Assembly: GCA_029856125.1 (NCBI GenBank)
Contig: JAHQWJ010000137.1
Coordinates: 1-15,564 of the forward strand
Length of the DNA: 15,564 nucleotides
Reading direction: 5' to 3'
Origin: Promethearchaeia archaeon
GTDB taxonomy: Archaea > Asgardarchaeota > Lokiarchaeia > Sigyniarchaeales > SOKP01
Part shown: piece by piece, positions 13,587 to 15,564 of the stretch
Position numbering within the stretch: position 1 is the first letter of the stretch
Layout of the letters: each line of letters starts with the position of its first letter
Position numbers and translations under genes: made by a program
The notes under the pieces: model-generated
Told to the model about the DNA's origin: nothing
Databases searched by the model: none
Seen by the model: the letters and a program-made list of their open reading frames with translations, nothing else

Positions 13587-15564
13587 ATGAGGAGTAAGAG
13601 AATAATATCGATCCTTACTGTAATTATCGCCTGTTTACTTTTAGGTAGCAGTTATTCCTCTAATAATATTTCCACTAATAATACAATGGTCGTAGATAGA
13701 TCTCCAAAAACATCTGCAGCACCAACATTTTCAATTGATTCGCCATCTAATTACTCTTTATTCGGTAAATTAGCTCCAAATTATTCATTGACAATAACAG
13801 AAGGTAATTTTACATGGTATGATTTAGGAGTAGGAGTAAATTCAACTCCAATAGAATTAGAAGGAACTCCAAATGAAAATATCGAAGAGCCATTTAATCA
13901 AACCATGTGGGATTCTTTAGATAACGGAACTGCTACGGTTAGGTTTTATGTAAATAATTCTTTAGGTGAATTAGGATATTTAGATGCCATTCTAAGAATT
14001 GATTTCTTAGATCCAATAATCAATATCATTGCCCCCACTGGTGGGTTTTTCAATTCTACAAACCCAGATTTTAATATCGAAATTTCAGAACCAAATTTGA
14101 ATACTACATGGTACACCTTAAACACTAATCAAACAAAACATATTTTTACTTCTAATGGAACTATAGATGGTTGGGAGTATTTAAATGACGAATTAATTAC
14201 TATCACATTTTACGCTAATGACTCTGTTAATAATGAAAATTCTGATCTTGTGCAAATAACAAAGGATACAACTAACCCTGGAGTTCCCACTTCATTAATT
14301 GCTGACCCTTTATCGTGGACGAATACAGACAGCTTTGACTTGTATTGGACTAATCCAGTTGATCTTTCCGGCGTTGTGGGTGCGTATTACAAATTAGGAG
14401 CCGCCCCACTTTCTGACACCGATGGAATCTACGTAGCTGGTACGGATATCGAGTCAATTTTAGGGATTTCTGTATCTTCTGATGCCGTGCACGATGTGTA
14501 CGTTTGGCTAAACGATTCTGTTGGAAATATCGATCGTACTAACTTTGCTAACACCCAATTGCATTTAGACACCACAAATCCAATTTTAATCCTTAATTCT
14601 CCATTAAATAACACTTCTTGGGATTCTCGTCCTTCAATTAATATTACTGTCTACGAACTAAATTTAGCATTTCTAAAATACACTGTGATTGATTACTTTC
14701 CAACAGATAATTGGATAACTGATAAAAACAATACCGAAGTTTCTCTTAACCCAGATATATGGGATGATTTAACCCAGGGGGCGTTTCAAATCGAATTTAC
14801 ATGTTTTGATGATTTGGGTCAATCTTCTATCCTTACAATAACTTTATATAAAGATACAAATGCTCCTTCTATAACTATAAATTCACCTGTAAATAACACG
14901 TTTTGGAATTCAATCCCTTCTCTTAATATAACGGCGATCGATCCAAACCTTGATACTATTTGGTATAGAGTAGGGATAACTAACATTACATTATCAAGCG
15001 GTATAGAAGAATTATTGAATGGTTCCATCTGGGATGATTTAGAAGAAGGCCCTTTTAATATAGAAATATTTGCTAATGATACTTTTGGTCATGTTAATAA
15101 TTCATATGTGCTAACCTTGTACAAAGATATAATTACCCCTAGTTTGATAATAATTTTACCGATTAATGGAACAATTTATGATTCCCAACCTTCAATCAAT
15201 GTAACTGTTTTTGATTCTTATTTTGACACCCTTTGGTATAGAGTAGGGAATACCAACATAACTCTAACTAACAATACTGAAGAATTTCTTAATTTAGCTA
15301 TATGGGATAGTTTACCAGAAGAAGGAGCATTCTTTATTTATTTTTATGCAAACGATTCTGTGGGGAATCTAAATAATACCCTTGTTTTAACATTATATAA
15401 GGATATTAAAGCTCCAATAATAGATATTATTTCACCTCAATCAAACCGTCTTTTCGGTGAGAATTCTCCATCTGTTTCTTTAAATGTTACAGACGCAAAT
15501 TTAGAAGAAGTATGGTATCAGTTAAGTAATGGGACGGTAACAACGGATAATTACACATGGACCG
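13587..15564 (+). CDS. Large secreted/cell-surface glycoprotein with tandem Ig-like repeats (3'-truncated by the window edge; not in the ORF track)
   Basis: Open frame from ATG 13587 (MRSKRIISILTVIIACLLLGSS, signal peptide) to the end of the window, 659 codons without a stop. Repeated P.i.i.sP.N...P...i...d.nl...WY...iWd.L..G...i.fyaND..G......l.kD units. Confidence 0.9.
   Translation, partial: MRSKRIISILTVIIACLLLGSSYSSNNISTNNTMVVDRSPKTSAAPTFSIDSPSNYSLFGKLAPNYSLTITEGNFTWYDLGVGVNSTPIELEGTPNENIEEPFNQTMWDSLDNGTATVRFYVNNSLGELGYLDAILRIDFLDPIINIIAPTGGFFNSTNPDFNIEISEPNLNTTWYTLNTNQTKHIFTSNGTIDGWEYLNDELITITFYANDSVNNENSDLVQITKDTTNPGVPTSLIADPLSWTNTDSFDLYWTNPVDLSGVVGAYYKLGAAPLSDTDGIYVAGTDIESILGISVSSDAVHDVYVWLNDSVGNIDRTNFANTQLHLDTTNPILILNSPLNNTSWDSRPSINITVYELNLAFLKYTVIDYFPTDNWITDKNNTEVSLNPDIWDDLTQGAFQIEFTCFDDLGQSSILTITLYKDTNAPSITINSPVNNTFWNSIPSLNITAIDPNLDTIWYRVGITNITLSSGIEELLNGSIWDDLEEGPFNIEIFANDTFGHVNNSYVLTLYKDIITPSLIIILPINGTIYDSQPSINVTVFDSYFDTLWYRVGNTNITLTNNTEEFLNLAIWDSLPEEGAFFIYFYANDSVGNLNNTLVLTLYKDIKAPIIDIISPQSNRLFGENSPSVSLNVTDANLEEVWYQLSNGTVTTDNYTWT
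13716..15564 (+). repeat. Six complete and one partial 88-101 aa beta-sandwich repeat units inside the surface protein
   Basis: D-x-x-x-P junction Asp codons at 14001, 14265, 14568, 14853, 15126 and 15402 (spacings of 88, 101, 95, 91, 92 codons). Identical 18-mer TTTGGTATAGAGTAGGGA at 14959 and 15232. Confidence 0.85.

Noticed and set aside
12759-15028. ORFs 12759-12956 (+), 14429-14614 (-) and 14819-15028 (-)
   Set aside because: Antisense to the AKR gene or to the long surface-protein frame.
14959-15249. 18-nt direct repeat as a CRISPR repeat, att site or DGR template/variable repeat
   Set aside because: Only two copies, in frame and 91 codons apart within protein repeats. No cas, integrase or reverse transcriptase gene in the window.

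Overview
AT-rich archaeal chromosomal DNA, with TATA/BRE-type promoters, oligo-T terminators and an archaeal type A RNase P RNA. The gene styles suggest an anaerobic Asgard/Lokiarchaeia-like organism (inference, not tested). Order on the + strand: PadR-like regulator; glycyl-radical-enzyme activating enzyme with no glycyl-radical enzyme in the window; tandem split-barrel (PNPOx-like) protein; Cys-type sulfatase; nitronate-monooxygenase/FabK-like flavoprotein; a 53-aa ORF missing from the ORF track; membrane pyrophosphatase (hppA); TetA-like MFS transporter; GNAT protein; secreted protein with a C-terminal membrane anchor; rnpB. On the - strand: a Cys-rich V4R/DUF6144-like protein and an aldo-keto reductase. 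The window ends in the 5' part (659 codons, not in the ORF track) of a large, sequon-rich surface protein made of about 90-aa Ig-like repeats. The most notable observations are (1) a membrane PPase with intact catalytic motifs but an apparently remodelled ion gate, and (2) a radical-SAM / split-barrel / sulfatase / His-less NMO cluster of unknown function. No mobile elements, CRISPR arrays, tRNAs or rRNAs were seen. All family assignments are by-eye motif recognition, with no database searches.
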